Of a DNA stretch of 46,517 nt, positions 44,315-46,517 are shown in pieces. Numbering within the stretch: position 1 is the first letter of the stretch; each line of letters starts with the position of its first letter. The notes under the pieces are model-generated. The model had not been told where the DNA came from. It did no database searches and worked only from the letters and a program-made list of their open reading frames with translations. The position numbers and the translations under genes were made by a program. The stretch is from an uncultured Candidatus Saccharibacteria bacterium (GTDB taxonomy: Bacteria; Patescibacteriota; UBA1384; 2-12-FULL-50-11), in contig CAYHNZ010000004.1 of assembly GCA_964358205.1 (NCBI GenBank), positions 1-46,517 on the forward strand. The letters run 5' to 3'.

Positions 44315-45029
44315 GACGAATGCTCCGAACAAATAATTCTTCCAACGATTGTTTTGACGATTTGACTAAGGCTTTCGGCGCGCCTTGAAGGATGATTTTG
44401 CCCCGATGTAAAATTGCCACTTCGTCACAAATCTCTTCAACATCCGACAGGATGTGCGAGCTAAAAAAGATTGTCGCGCCAGCTGATTTAAGCTTTAAAA
44501 TCATTTGTTTAAAATCTAATCGTCCGAGCGGATCCAAACCGTCAAGTGGCTCGTCTAGTAGCAATAATGACGGATTATTTATTTGGGCAACGGCGAAGGC
44601 CAATCGTTGATGCATGCCCTTGGAGAACTTTCGAACGGGTATCTCTTTGGCGTCTTTGAGGCCAACCTCCCTTAATAGCACGTCAATTTTTTTCGTGGCA
44701 ACTTTTTTATCGATTTCAAACAAATCAGCCACGAACTCCAGCACTTCACGGGCTTTAAGGTGGTAATAAAATTGAGGATTTTCGTTCATAAAGCCAATTT
44801 TTCGCTTGGCTTCCAGGGATCCGGCTGGCTGGCCAGCGATGGTAATATTGCCCTTATCGGGAAAAAGTAGACCAGCCACGAGCTTAACGGTCGTTGTTTT
44901 GCCAGCGCCATTGGGACCAATCAGGCCAAACACCTGACCTTTCTTGATGTGTAGCGACAGGTTGTCTACGACTGTTACAGTGTCATTTCTCTGGTAAAAT
45001 TGTTTGGTCAGGTTACGGATAACTAGCAT
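44304..45029 (-). CDS. ABC transporter ATP-binding protein (PilH-like)
   Basis: GPNGAGKTT, FSKGMHQR, LLLDEP, SSHIL. Confidence 0.92.
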   Translation of the reverse strand: MLVIRNLTKQFYQRNDTVTVVDNLSLHIKKGQVFGLIGPNGAGKTTTVKLVAGLLFPDKGNITIAGQPAGSLEAKRKIGFMNENPQFYYHLKAREVLEFVADLFEIDKKVATKKIDVLLREVGLKDAKEIPVRKFSKGMHQRLAFAVAQINNPSLLLLDEPLDGLDPLGRLDFKQMILKLKSAGATIFFSSHILSDVEEICDEVAILHRGKIILQGAPKALVKSSKQSLEELFVRSIRHEA

Positions 45030-45066
45030 TAATCTTTTTTAACCTAAAAAATTACTCAAGTCAAAG

Positions 45067-45837
45067 ATGCACAAACTCATTGCCGTTGTCGGTCCGACCG
45101 GTTCGGGAAAAACTGCCCTGGCGGTCAAACTTGCCCAGAAATTCAACGGTGTCATAATTTCGGCCGACTCCCGACAGGTTTATCGGGGGCTGGATATCGG
45201 TACTAATAAAGAAGGGACACCCGGCAGGTGGAACAACCAGACAGTCAGACTGATCGACGGCATTCCCCAACTTTTGATCGATGTTGTCGACCCGGGCGAT
45301 CGCTTTACTCTCAACGATTGGTTGCAACAGGCCCGGTATGGGTTAAAACACATATTTGAAAGAGGGCAATTACCGATTGTGGTTGGTGGGACGGGGCTGT
45401 ATGTAACGGCACTTTTGGAGGGTTATCAGCCCGGCGGCGGTCGATTTGCTATAAATAATCAACCGGTCGATTTCGAATCTTTAATATTAATGCCAGCTAT
45501 CGACCGAGAAATATTAAACCAAAAATCCGACCAGCGATGCAGCCGTGTTTTCGACGCCCTAGTAGCGGAAACAGAAGAATTGTTGGCGTCAGGAGTTTCG
45601 GGCGACTGGCTCGACAAAATTGGCCTTGATTATCGATATGTGTTTAAACGTATACGGGGGCAGTTGAGTCGGGAAGAAGCGATCGAGCAATATCAAGCGG
45701 CCAGTCGGGCTTATATTCGTCGTCAACTGACTTGGTGGCGCCATCACGGAGAGCCGGTGTTGGTTGGGTCGGTTCGGCGGGCAGAATTATTAGTTAAAAA
45801 AGGACTCGGCATAAGACCGCCGAGTCGTAGGAGTTGA
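45067..45837 (+). CDS. miaA: tRNA dimethylallyltransferase (short form)
   Basis: GPTGSGKT, ISADSRQVYRGLDIGT, VVGGTGLY, YIRRQLTW. Confidence 0.92.
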   Translation: MHKLIAVVGPTGSGKTALAVKLAQKFNGVIISADSRQVYRGLDIGTNKEGTPGRWNNQTVRLIDGIPQLLIDVVDPGDRFTLNDWLQQARYGLKHIFERGQLPIVVGGTGLYVTALLEGYQPGGGRFAINNQPVDFESLILMPAIDREILNQKSDQRCSRVFDALVAETEELLASGVSGDWLDKIGLDYRYVFKRIRGQLSREEAIEQYQAASRAYIRRQLTWWRHHGEPVLVGSVRRAELLVKKGLGIRPPSRRS

Positions 45838-45934
45838 TCGGCTCAATGCAAAACCGATCGAATTCATTATCCATTAGCTATTCTTGAAAGTCAACCGAAA
45901 AACGCTAAATTGAGACTATGGGATGGAGGGGATT

Positions 45935-46517
45935 TTGAAGTGTCCGATGTGCGGTGGCGATTTTGAGAACGTCAACTTAAAAACAGTTGGCGGCAGTGGC
46001 ACTTGGGCCAAGCACTGTAATCAATGCGGCGGCTTTTGGTTTGAGCGCGAGCCAACCGAATTTTTATCGGTTAATTCCATAGGTAAGGTCGATGTGCCAA
46101 CTCCCAACTATTCGCTCAAAAATATCGACTTGGTTTGTGCGAATGACAATTCGCTTCTGGTTGGCGTCGAGCGGGATGATTTACCGGCTGGAACGCAGTA
46201 CTGGCGTTGTCCTGATTGTGACGGAACATTCTATCCCAAGGGTCAGTTGGCGTTAGTCACCCACTGGCAACATGATGTCCACGGCGATCAGATCGCTGGC
46301 TTGGTTTCGGCTCGGTCGCGCGCAACTCTAGCTGGTGTGCTAGTGTTCGTGGGGACGGCGATGATGATGGTTGTTGCCCAAGAAACTGATCCGAATCTCT
46401 CGGCCGCTAGCGAGCAAGTTCTACCGACTGGTGGACCAAATATCTTAACCCTTTTATTATTGGGCATTACTTATCTGGCCGGGACAATTTTGGCGGTTTT
46501 GGGCCGAAAAATCCCGA
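45935..46517 (+). CDS. zinc-ribbon (zf-TFIIB-like) membrane protein, runs off the right edge
   Basis: GGAGG then TTG 45935: MKCPMC..HCNQCGGFWF..CPDCDG, followed by TM segments; frame open to window end. Confidence 0.75.
   Translation, partial: MKCPMCGGDFENVNLKTVGGSGTWAKHCNQCGGFWFEREPTEFLSVNSIGKVDVPTPNYSLKNIDLVCANDNSLLVGVERDDLPAGTQYWRCPDCDGTFYPKGQLALVTHWQHDVHGDQIAGLVSARSRATLAGVLVFVGTAMMMVVAQETDPNLSAASEQVLPTGGPNILTLLLLGITYLAGTILAVLGRKIP

Noticed and set aside
1-46517. CRISPR array or cas operon
   Set aside because: No regularly spaced repeats with unique spacers; the Cas4-like fold at 27187 has no cas neighbours

Overview
This 46.5-kb window looks like bacterial chromosome in standard genetic code. 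The split comEC, many leaderless-looking genes and dense small palindromes suggest Patescibacteria/CPR (inference). From left to right it holds: a minus-strand sugar operon (GalT-like, GT4, alpha/alpha-barrel protein, APH-like kinase, Gfo/Idh/MocA, GH94 phosphorylase); ruvC, yebC, an XRE HTH gene boxed by three palindromes, and split comEC; and a grpE-dnaK-dnaJ cluster broken up by integrase-free insertions. The largest insertion (~18 kb, dnaK to dnaJ) carries a RadC-methyltransferase fusion, an AlwI-family endonuclease, a second MTase, several PD-(D/E)XK/DpnI-like nucleases, Bro-N, Fic, a GH17 lipoprotein and a heliorhodopsin. Further right are a probable 6S RNA, a GGDEF protein, trxB, yvcK, a PilGHI-like ABC system and miaA. 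The most striking locus is a tRNA-Lys(UUU) gene interrupted between anticodon positions 34 and 35 by a 265-nt ORF-less group I intron, lying head-to-head with a free-standing HTH-LAGLIDADG endonuclease gene. Other notable signals are identical 16-bp palindromes inserted in-frame in dnaJ and trxB, cassettes bracketed by synonymously diverged gene-end duplications, heptamer-built inverted arrays, and ATA/CTG start codons. All calls come from reading the sequence and recalling motifs; no searches were run.
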